From: Patescibacteria group bacterium
Lineage (GTDB): Bacteria > Patescibacteriota > Microgenomatia > UBA1400 > PJMF01
Direction: 5' to 3'
Assembly (NCBI GenBank): GCA_016861085.1
Contig: BOKR01000001.1
Coordinates: 1,098,040-1,162,039, forward strand
Length of the DNA: 64,000 nt
Positions 56,448 through 64,000 of the stretch are shown piece after piece. Both the position numbers and the translations under genes were made by a program. The notes under the pieces were generated by a model. The model did not search any database, had not been told where the DNA came from, and saw nothing but the letters and a program-made list of their open reading frames with translations. How positions within the stretch are numbered: the first letter of the stretch is position 1; each line of letters begins with the position of its first letter.

Positions 56448-57785
56448 ATGAATGATACAAATTCTGGCGATCAAGCCAATAAAACAGTAGAAAGTACCGT
56501 AAAGGACCAGGTTGCAGTTATGACTGACAAAGCCCCTGAAACAGTTGCAAAGCCAACTAAACGGATACCAGTTGTTCCTCTTAAGAAGAGTGAGCCAGTT
56601 TCCGAAATTAAAGAAAGTATAGAACCTAGAGAAGTAACCGAAACGTATGATCCTAATGCCAAAGTCATTGTAGGGTATTTAGATACCTCAAGAGATGGAC
56701 ATGGGGTTATACGAAGATCACTCAGTGGTGAAGATGAAATGGACGCATATATTGCGACTTCCCAAATTAAGAGGTTAAGACTCCAATCTGGTGACATGAT
56801 TACTGGTCCGGCTCGAGAACCAAAAGACAACGAGCGCTTTTGGGGAATGGTTAAAGTTGATACAGTTAACGGAAAACCAGTAGAAGAGTTTAAAAGAACT
56901 CCAAGAGTCCAATTTCAGAAGCTCACTCCAGTGTATCCTGATTCCCAAATTAAACTTGAAATGGGAGCAGAGCCTTTAGATTTGAGAATCATTGATATGA
57001 TTGCTCCGATTGGGAAAGGTCAAAGAAGTTTAATCGTTTCTCCTCCAAAAGCTGGTAAAACAACCTTGATGAAGAACATTGCTTCTGGTGTTGCTGTTAA
57101 CCACCCAGAAATTCACATCATGGCGGTTTTAGTAGGTGAGCGTCCAGAAGAAGTTACAGATATCAGAAGGCACATTGAAAAAATTACCAAGGGCAAGGGT
57201 GAGGTTGCTGCTAGTAACTTTGATGAGTCTGCAAAAGATCAGTGCCGTGTGGCAGAGCTTGCTCTTGAAAGAGCAAAGCGCTTGGTAGAAGAAGGTAAAG
57301 ATGTTTTGATTTTACTTGACTCTATCACCCGTTTGGCTCGCGCATATAACTTAGCCATACCAACTTCTGGAAGGACACTCTCTGGTGGTTTTGACCCAGC
57401 AGCTCTGTTCCCTCCAAAGAAGTTTTTTGGTGCGGCCAGAAATTTCGAGATTCCAGGAAGTTTAACAATTGTTGGGACAGCATTAGTTGAAACTGGTTCG
57501 AGAATGGATGATCTTGTTTATGAAGAATTCAAAGGAACCGGTAACCAAGAGGTTCACTTAGACAGACGATTGGCAGAGAGAAGAATTTTCCCAAGTATTG
57601 ATGTTCAAAGATCTGGTACAAGAAGAGATGACTTGTTAATTGGAAGTGTTGATTACCTTTCAATTACGACACTTCACAGAATGCTTGATATGCTAGACAA
57701 AGAGCAAAGAAGTCAGACAATGATTGATAACCTCAAGAAAACTAAGAGTAATAAAGAATTTTTAGCTTCATTGAAGAATGGGTAA
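56448..57785 (+). CDS. rho: Transcription termination factor Rho
   Basis: PIGKGQRSLIVSPPKAGKT, GERPEEVTD, LDSITRLARAYN, GRTLSGG, EEFKGTGN. Confidence 0.98.
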   Translation: MNDTNSGDQANKTVESTVKDQVAVMTDKAPETVAKPTKRIPVVPLKKSEPVSEIKESIEPREVTETYDPNAKVIVGYLDTSRDGHGVIRRSLSGEDEMDAYIATSQIKRLRLQSGDMITGPAREPKDNERFWGMVKVDTVNGKPVEEFKRTPRVQFQKLTPVYPDSQIKLEMGAEPLDLRIIDMIAPIGKGQRSLIVSPPKAGKTTLMKNIASGVAVNHPEIHIMAVLVGERPEEVTDIRRHIEKITKGKGEVAASNFDESAKDQCRVAELALERAKRLVEEGKDVLILLDSITRLARAYNLAIPTSGRTLSGGFDPAALFPPKKFFGAARNFEIPGSLTIVGTALVETGSRMDDLVYEEFKGTGNQEVHLDRRLAERRIFPSIDVQRSGTRRDDLLIGSVDYLSITTLHRMLDMLDKEQRSQTMIDNLKKTKSNKEFLASLKNG

Positions 57786-57825
57786 GAGTTGAGTATACTA
57801 ACGTCAATGGCTTAACCAGGTATTC

Positions 57826-58935
57826 ATGGTAAAAATTACATTGCGTCTACGAGCACCACAGTTTATGAAAGATATCTCAGAATATCTTTTATTTCTGAAG
57901 CGGTATCTCAGGAGCAGAGTATATAAGTGGTTTTCTCGGTTTGAAGTTTTCAAAGATTTTCTAGTTGATATGCTCTATAGAAAACGGGGAAAATATGTCC
58001 GCCCGTTTTTACATTTTGGAACTATTGGGTTGATTTTCTTTGCTATTACTATTGGGCCGGTTATTTTTACTTCAAATGGCGAGCAGCAGCAGGCTGCGAG
58101 CAATGTGTTGAGTTCTACTGTGTATGGTTCTGATTTTCTCACTAAGCAAGCTGAAGAGGTTCGTCAATTCAGAGGTGGTGAAATTATCGTGCACGTTGTA
58201 GGTGAAGGCGAAACTATTTCAAGCATTGCTTCACTGTATGGTTTGCAGCAGGACACAATTCTTTGGGAAAATAACCTGACACCAACAAGCAAAATCAAAC
58301 CTGGAGATGAGCTTAGAATTCTTCCAATTGATGGTGTGCGTCACAAAGTGACCCGTGGTGAAACCATTTATACCATAGGTAAAAAGTACAAACTTGATGA
58401 AGCTCAAGTTCAGGTGATTGTTGACTATCCGTTTAATGAATTTCTAAATGATGAGACTTTTGAGTTGGCAACTGGCCAATATATCATGGTACCTGACGGT
58501 GTTAAGACGACAGTTACAACTATGCCAGTTACTAGAGTGGTGTATACAACTCCAGATGCTGGTGCTGTTACAGCTTCAGGGGCATTTGTGTGGCCTGCCG
58601 CAGGAAGAATTACTCAGGGGTATAGGTTCTATCACAAGGCATGGGATATTGCCAACAGTGGTGGTGGTCCAATTCTAGCAGCAGATGCAGGTACTGTTGT
58701 GGCATCTGGCTGGGATCCATCTGGCTACGGAAATAAGGTTGTTATTGATCACGGCAATGGGTATGTCACGCTCTATGCGCATATGAGTGTTCTACAAGTG
58801 CAAGTTGGCCAAAGGGTAAATAGGGGTGACGTGATTGGTCAAATGGGGAGTACTGGTCGTTCTACTGGTGTTCACTTGCATTTTGAAATCCGCCAAGGTG
58901 GTGTGCTGCTTGATCCAGGCAATTTCCTGCGATAA
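57826..58935 (+). CDS. LysM + M23 peptidase (cell-wall endopeptidase)
   Basis: Two LysM-like repeats; HKAWDIA, YGNKVVIDH, YAHM, STGVHLHFE. Confidence 0.92.
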   Translation: MVKITLRLRAPQFMKDISEYLLFLKRYLRSRVYKWFSRFEVFKDFLVDMLYRKRGKYVRPFLHFGTIGLIFFAITIGPVIFTSNGEQQQAASNVLSSTVYGSDFLTKQAEEVRQFRGGEIIVHVVGEGETISSIASLYGLQQDTILWENNLTPTSKIKPGDELRILPIDGVRHKVTRGETIYTIGKKYKLDEAQVQVIVDYPFNEFLNDETFELATGQYIMVPDGVKTTVTTMPVTRVVYTTPDAGAVTASGAFVWPAAGRITQGYRFYHKAWDIANSGGGPILAADAGTVVASGWDPSGYGNKVVIDHGNGYVTLYAHMSVLQVQVGQRVNRGDVIGQMGSTGRSTGVHLHFEIRQGGVLLDPGNFLR

Positions 58936-58970
58936 TTCCAGATTTAAGTGTTATAATATATCCTATATTT

Positions 58971-60206
58971 ATGATTGATTTAGTTAAGTTAATACTAGTT
59001 GCTGGAGATGGTGGCCGTGGTCGTATTTCATTTCTGCGTGATAAAAAGACTACAAAAGGTGGTCCTAATGGTGGCGACGGAGGGAATGGCGGACACGTTA
59101 TTATTCGTGGCAACCGAAATTTAGCTACACTCAAGCACTTTGCAGGAAAAGTGCTCTATGAAGCTCAAGACGGTTTTCCTGGAGAAAAGCAAAAAAAGAT
59201 CGGTCCAAAAGGTGAGTCTTTGGTTATTGAGGTTCCAGTGGGAACAAGCATCGGTGTGGTCGCTGAAAATGACATTGCTAAGAAACGCAGAAATTTTGTT
59301 GGTATTGATACGCTACTCAAAAGAGAAGCAGTTCATCCTGAAAAATACTACATAGAAAAAGAAGGCGCACCTGTTCCACAGCAACGGTATCAATACATAC
59401 AAGTGGTTGGTACAGACATATCTGTAGAACCAGATGTCAACGAAATCCTAACTGCAATTAAGGGAGTCGAACCAGTCATCGTCGCTGAAATTACGCAAGA
59501 TGGCCAAGAAGTTGTTATTTGCCAAGGTGGTTTTGGTGGAAGAGGAAATGATCGTTTTAAATCCTCAGTTAACCAAGTACCGTTAGAAGCAGAATATGGT
59601 TCTGAAGGTGAGAAGCGAGCAATTATTTTAGAACTAAAACTTCTTGCTGATGTAGGTCTTGTGGGCTTTCCTAACGCCGGAAAAAGTACTTTTTTATCTG
59701 TTGTCACTAAGGCAAGGCCAAAGATTGCTAATTACCCATTTACCACCCTAGAACCAAATTTGGGAGTCATTTATTATGATGATGCTGGAACAGACGGTGT
59801 TCGAGAGTTAGTTGTTGCTGATATCCCTGGTTTAATAGAGGGTGCGAGTGAAGGTAAGGGTTTGGGTCATGATTTTTTGAGACATATTGAGAACTGTTCA
59901 GTACTTATGTTTGTTTTAGCATTAGAAGAGAATCAAGTGTTTGACGCTACTTTAAGTGACAAGGAAAAGGCAGAGTTATTATTTGATCAATTTACCAAAC
60001 TTAAAACAGAGCTTACTGTGTACGGGACGCAGTTACAGGATAAAAAATATATTGTAACTGTTAACAAATCTGATCTGTACTCTAAAGAGTTGATGCAGAC
60101 AATTGCACAAAAATTTTCTAAAGAAGATATTACAATTCATTTTTTCTCTGGTGCAACCCAAATTGGCTTGCCAGAAATAAAAAAAGAGTTGCGTAAGCTG
60201 GTATAA
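58971..60206 (+). CDS. obgE: GTPase Obg/CgtA
   Basis: GGPNGGDGGNGG, GFPNAGKST, YPFTT, DIPG, NKSD. Confidence 0.96.
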   Translation: MIDLVKLILVAGDGGRGRISFLRDKKTTKGGPNGGDGGNGGHVIIRGNRNLATLKHFAGKVLYEAQDGFPGEKQKKIGPKGESLVIEVPVGTSIGVVAENDIAKKRRNFVGIDTLLKREAVHPEKYYIEKEGAPVPQQRYQYIQVVGTDISVEPDVNEILTAIKGVEPVIVAEITQDGQEVVICQGGFGGRGNDRFKSSVNQVPLEAEYGSEGEKRAIILELKLLADVGLVGFPNAGKSTFLSVVTKARPKIANYPFTTLEPNLGVIYYDDAGTDGVRELVVADIPGLIEGASEGKGLGHDFLRHIENCSVLMFVLALEENQVFDATLSDKEKAELLFDQFTKLKTELTVYGTQLQDKKYIVTVNKSDLYSKELMQTIAQKFSKEDITIHFFSGATQIGLPEIKKELRKLV

Positions 60207-60322
60207 GCGCTGTGCATATTTCGTAGCTGCGACTTTTTTCTAACAAAAAAAGATCGGCTCCGAAAGCGCTGTGCATATTTCGTGCCAGCTCCATTTTCTT
60301 ACGAAAATAGAGGGCCCGAAAG
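60205..60322. repeat. Tandem 59-nt structured repeat (2 units)
   Basis: AAGCGCTGTGCATATTTCGT at 60205-60224 and 60264-60283, each leading into a hairpin closed by TTTCG/CGAAA. Confidence 0.7.
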
Positions 60323-60350
60323 AAAAAACCCGTCTTACGACGGGTCTTTC
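60322..60350. terminator. Intrinsic terminator, likely bidirectional
   Basis: GAAAAA-ACCCGTC-TTAC-GACGGGT-CTTTC between convergent genes. Confidence 0.75.
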
Positions 60351-60376
60351 ATTTTCATTTATTTTTTCTGATGATA

Positions 60377-62476
60377 TTACGGAGTGGTTTGCTCTGGAGT
60401 TGTTACTTGTTCATCAGAAAGATTATCAACTTCAACAGGTTCTGCATCTGGGGTCACCGTATCAGAATTGTTTAAGTTTTGTTCTGTGATAGAAGGAGCA
60501 GAGAGTTCTGTAGCTTCTTCACCAGCTTGAGATCCTGTTTGAGCAGATTCTTCTGTTTCAGGTTCAAGACTGATATCATTTTCTTCCATGAACTTCTCAA
60601 GATCTTCTATCTTAGTTGTAACAGCTACATAGTCCTCGCTATTTGCTGGCAATAGAGCCAACGCTCTTTGATACGAGAGTCTAGCTTCTCTGTATGCATC
60701 TGGTGTTTCTACTAACTCAAGCATTTCACCTCTTCTGTAGTGGGAGATTGCAAGATCTGCCTTCAAGTTGACTGCCTGGTCATAAATACTCAGTGCTTGT
60801 TGATATGCTTTTTGTCCAACAAAGACAGCAGCAAGGTCTAGTCTTAACAAAGGATCAGTTGGATTTGTTTCAATTGCAGAAACGTATGATTGCACTGTCC
60901 AGTTAACCGCATCTTCACTGACTCCAATTAAGTTGTTATATATCTGAGCAAGGTTGGACCAGTTTTGTGACTCAGCGGCGTCAAGGGTTGTGGCTGCTCT
61001 TGCTTCAGAAACACTTTGCTGCAAGAGGGCAGAGACCTGTTGTTTTTCGGCCTCAGTAATCTCTGCTTTGTTAGAAAGAGCAATCGCGATTAGTGCACTT
61101 GTAGCAGAGTACCTTCTTCTGAAGACATCATAGTATGGGTTCAGCTGTACCGCTTTCTGTTGCAGTTCATATGCTTTTACTACGTCATTGTTTGCCATAG
61201 CTTGTGATGATTGGAACATGACAGCAAACGCTTGAGCAGATCTAGTTACCAAGTATCCCATAGCCAAAATAACAACTAAACTGATTCCTGTTCCAATGTA
61301 TAAAGGAATATTCATTGGTTTTTTATTCAAGTTCAATGTCTCTGGCTTGTTAAGCATTTTAAATCGCAAGGTTTGCATTTGTAGTAATGGAAGCCTGTGA
61401 CTTTCATTAGCAATCAAGCAGGCAATTGCAATTGCTTGAAGAGTTAAGACCACAGTATTGAATGGAAGAAGCAAATTAAGAAGAAATGACGCTCCAATGA
61501 ATACACCTAATGCTTTACTACTTGCTGAAGTCGTCTTGTGATAGCGGAAGAATTTGACCACAACAAAGATCCAAGTAAGAAGCCCAATGATACCCATAGT
61601 TGTAACGATTGTTAATGGCATCATTGTTGCTTGAGTAAATGATACAGCCCAGTTTTGGGTGCCATTGATCCAAATCGGTTTAAAAATTTGGTATGCATTT
61701 CTGTAGGCACTAACTCCAGCACCAATTAATGCAGATTTTGGAGCTCTAATTGTGTCAAGCATAACTGACCAACTTGCCGAAAACGAAGGAAGTACAAGAG
61801 TAGTCTCTTTTCCTGGGAGTAAGCTCCAGGCAAATAGACCTGTCCCAATGACAAGAACTGGTAAAGTAACAGCATAGAATTTACTCAGCTTTTTTGTGGA
61901 CACAACGTGTGCCAGCACTGCTACAAGGGTTAGACCAACTACTTGTAATGCGATAAATGGTGACCCAGCAAGGTTGAAATTCAATGAACTTGGTAGTTCA
62001 AAACCCATTGTTCTGTTAATAAGTTGTGCGGGGCCAAATCCCAACATCTGTAAAATGCTCAAAACGGTTAGCGCCACGGAAGTGCCAGTTAAGGTACATA
62101 AGAATTTTGAAGCAACATCTTTTGGCATGATACTTCCACCGAGCAAAGCGATAACTGAAGTTGAAAGAAAAAGACCACCAAGTCCAAGCAAGCCTTCAAC
62201 AGGATAGTCGGATGTGAAAAAAGTTGCTGCAACAGTGGCTAAAGCAAAAAGCAGCAAAGCCCCTGAGACAGGACTTACAGAAACTCTGACAGCTCTTTCC
62301 TTAAAAGTTTTGACGATAAATAAAAATAATACAACCAAAGCTCCAAACAAGAGAGTATAAAGCTTTGAATGTTCAATGAAGCTATCTGTGACTGGGACGA
62401 GCAAGAGGGTAGACAAAACTCCAATTGCCAGTACAGAAAAAAGCGATACTTTTTTGAATAAAGATTGTGTATCCAT
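60377..62476 (-). CDS. O-antigen-ligase-like polytopic membrane protein with C-terminal TPRs
   Basis: About 12 TMs, LIGAGVSAY loop (Wzy_C-like), several TPR repeats and an acidic tail. Confidence 0.7.
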   Translation of the reverse strand: MDTQSLFKKVSLFSVLAIGVLSTLLLVPVTDSFIEHSKLYTLLFGALVVLFLFIVKTFKERAVRVSVSPVSGALLLFALATVAATFFTSDYPVEGLLGLGGLFLSTSVIALLGGSIMPKDVASKFLCTLTGTSVALTVLSILQMLGFGPAQLINRTMGFELPSSLNFNLAGSPFIALQVVGLTLVAVLAHVVSTKKLSKFYAVTLPVLVIGTGLFAWSLLPGKETTLVLPSFSASWSVMLDTIRAPKSALIGAGVSAYRNAYQIFKPIWINGTQNWAVSFTQATMMPLTIVTTMGIIGLLTWIFVVVKFFRYHKTTSASSKALGVFIGASFLLNLLLPFNTVVLTLQAIAIACLIANESHRLPLLQMQTLRFKMLNKPETLNLNKKPMNIPLYIGTGISLVVILAMGYLVTRSAQAFAVMFQSSQAMANNDVVKAYELQQKAVQLNPYYDVFRRRYSATSALIAIALSNKAEITEAEKQQVSALLQQSVSEARAATTLDAAESQNWSNLAQIYNNLIGVSEDAVNWTVQSYVSAIETNPTDPLLRLDLAAVFVGQKAYQQALSIYDQAVNLKADLAISHYRRGEMLELVETPDAYREARLSYQRALALLPANSEDYVAVTTKIEDLEKFMEENDISLEPETEESAQTGSQAGEEATELSAPSITEQNLNNSDTVTPDAEPVEVDNLSDEQVTTPEQTTP

Positions 62477-62664
62477 ATCATTCCTGTTCTTAACTATTTA
62501 TGACTTATCTTACATTCCATTTAATCAAGTTATGGCTTTCTTGTAAAGGGCAGTATTTGTGTAGAATTTTTGCAGTTTTTGCGGATATTTATTATAGGAT
62601 TTTAACCAATTCTTGCAAAGAGGAACTAGATTTTGCATATAGTAGTGTAGTATAAATAGAGAGT

Positions 62665-63312
62665 ATGAAAAGACGATGGCTACAGTCTGGTTTATCAATG
62701 ATTGAAGTGTTAATTGTGATTGCTGTCATTGGGATTTTAGTAATCATTGCTCTTACTTTGTTGCCTGATCAGATCAGCAAGGGCAGAGACGGAAGAAGAA
62801 AAAGTGATTTGCAAAAGATAAAAATTGCTTTTGAAAACTACTATAGTGACAAAGACTGCTATCCTCCTCCAGAAATTTTGGATAACTGTGGAAGTTCAGA
62901 TTTATCTCCATATTTGGCAAGTATTCCGTGTGATCCTCAAACAAAAACCAAGTATTTATATGCTCCAGAAGACAATGGGTGTCCACATTACTATCGCGTT
63001 TTTTCAAATCTTGAGGTTGATGTAGATCCGGTAATTATGCAGCTTGGATGCCACACTGCTAGTGGTTGCGGAGCATATGCCTTCTTTGGAGAAGAACTTG
63101 GTTTAGATGCTTTAGAGTATAACTATGGAGTTTCGGAAGGGGTGCCAGTATATGTTACTGAAGGGAATATTCCTCCAGGAACTCAAGGGTGGTGTTGTGC
63201 GTTCCAGGGCGATCCGTGTAACGCATGGACGCAAGGACAAGGTATTTGTGTAGAGTTTTATTTTGACTCAGCTGAGTGTAATGCTGCTTGTGGATATAGT
63301 CCGGCACCGTAA
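62665..63312 (+). CDS. Type IV pilin / T2SS pseudopilin-like protein
   Basis: Prepilin motif G|LSMIEVLIV; RDGRRKSDL...Y..D...YP; Cys-rich C-terminus. Confidence 0.88.
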   Translation: MKRRWLQSGLSMIEVLIVIAVIGILVIIALTLLPDQISKGRDGRRKSDLQKIKIAFENYYSDKDCYPPPEILDNCGSSDLSPYLASIPCDPQTKTKYLYAPEDNGCPHYYRVFSNLEVDVDPVIMQLGCHTASGCGAYAFFGEELGLDALEYNYGVSEGVPVYVTEGNIPPGTQGWCCAFQGDPCNAWTQGQGICVEFYFDSAECNAACGYSPAP

Positions 63313-63323
63313 TTTTTGAAAGG

Positions 63324-63887
63324 ATGTCAGTGATGCAAAAAACAAGAAAAACTAATAAACAACATGGCTTCACCATGATTGAACTTCTTGTTGTTATCGT
63401 AATTTTAGGTATTTTATCTGTAATTGGTCTAGGAAGTTTTTCTTCATCTCAAATGAAAGCAAGAGATAGTAGGAGGAAGACAGATCTGCGCGCAATTAGT
63501 GATGCACTTGAGGTTTACTATAATGATTTTGGAAGTTACCCGCTTTCAGATGGTGACGGAACTATGTTGGGTTGTGGCGCTGCAGCTGCCGAGGCGTGTA
63601 CCCAAGGAACAATTTGGCAAAATGCAGACAACGATACGACTTATATGGTTCAAATTCCGGAGGATCCAAATGGCGGAAGATATTACTATATTTCTAGTGA
63701 TGGTACATATTTTCAAATATATGCCCATCTTGAAAACGACCAAGACAGAGATGTTCCTTTAGATGTAAATGGTGATCCAGGATTTTATAGTAATCCTGAG
63801 GCAGATTCTGGTAGCAATGCCTGTGTGACTGGTGACTGCAACTATGGTAGGAGTAGCACTAATATTGATTTGGGGGCTATTTATTAG
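63324..63887 (+). CDS. Type IV pilin / T2SS pseudopilin-like protein
   Basis: G|FTMIELLVV; KARDSRRKTDL...LEVYYND.G.YP. Confidence 0.9.
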   Translation: MSVMQKTRKTNKQHGFTMIELLVVIVILGILSVIGLGSFSSSQMKARDSRRKTDLRAISDALEVYYNDFGSYPLSDGDGTMLGCGAAAAEACTQGTIWQNADNDTTYMVQIPEDPNGGRYYYISSDGTYFQIYAHLENDQDRDVPLDVNGDPGFYSNPEADSGSNACVTGDCNYGRSSTNIDLGAIY

Positions 63888-63912
63888 TATCAAATTGTTT
63901 TACGAAAGTGAT

Positions 63913-64000
63913 ATGCTAAAAATCAAAAAATCAGGTTTTACCTTAATAGAATTGTTAGTTGTTGTGGCGATTATTGGAGTGCTCACCGCAGTTTTGCTTG
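63913..64000 (+). CDS. Type IV pilin-like protein (partial, runs off the window)
   Basis: Manual translation MLKIKKSG|FTLIELLVVVAIIGVLTAVLL. Confidence 0.85.
   Translation, partial: MLKIKKSGFTLIELLVVVAIIGVLTAVLL

Noticed and set aside
59250-59475. Intein in obgE
   Set aside because: Too short and lacks a C-terminal His-Asn.
60205-60283. CRISPR array
   Set aside because: Only two 20-nt repeats, the intervening sequences are related and structured, and there are no cas genes.
1-64000. Alternative genetic code (TGA = Gly)
   Set aside because: dnaA and other genes end at TGA at expected lengths, and conserved genes are uninterrupted under code 11.

Overview
A 64-kb piece of an AT-rich bacterial chromosome spanning the replication origin (dnaA-oriC-dnaN-rpmH-rnpA-yidD-yidC-jag). 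The gene content points to a Patescibacteria/CPR genome, most likely Microgenomates-like: class I HMG-CoA reductase plus type 1 IDI, a VirB2-like pilin array, PrgI/VirB4/VirB6/VirD4-like genes, DUF4012, a short ValS and many near-leaderless genes. This is inference, not a database result. TGA is used as a stop (dnaA), so code 11 applies. Left of the origin is a ~26-kb T4SS-like cluster with 8 tandem pilins and several large unknown proteins. Right of it are housekeeping genes (rnhA, rplY, valS, radA, rho, obgE) and type IV pilins. The most unusual region is 40.75-46.63 kb. It holds two tandem protein-coding transcription units built like rRNA operons. Each has a near-identical sigma70 promoter, a boxB-like hairpin, a boxA (TGC[T/A]CTTTAACA) and a 12-nt segment that pairs perfectly with a segment just after the last gene 2-3 kb away, followed by a 13-bp GC hairpin. 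Both also carry a structured leader with conserved ends. The enclosed genes encode unknown membrane proteins (two are paralogs), look GC-richer, and use a GGTG(A/G) Shine-Dalgarno unlike most neighbouring genes. Other candidates are a ~108-nt multi-stem ncRNA before rplY, a ~500-nt structured rho leader and a tandem 59-nt structured repeat after obgE.
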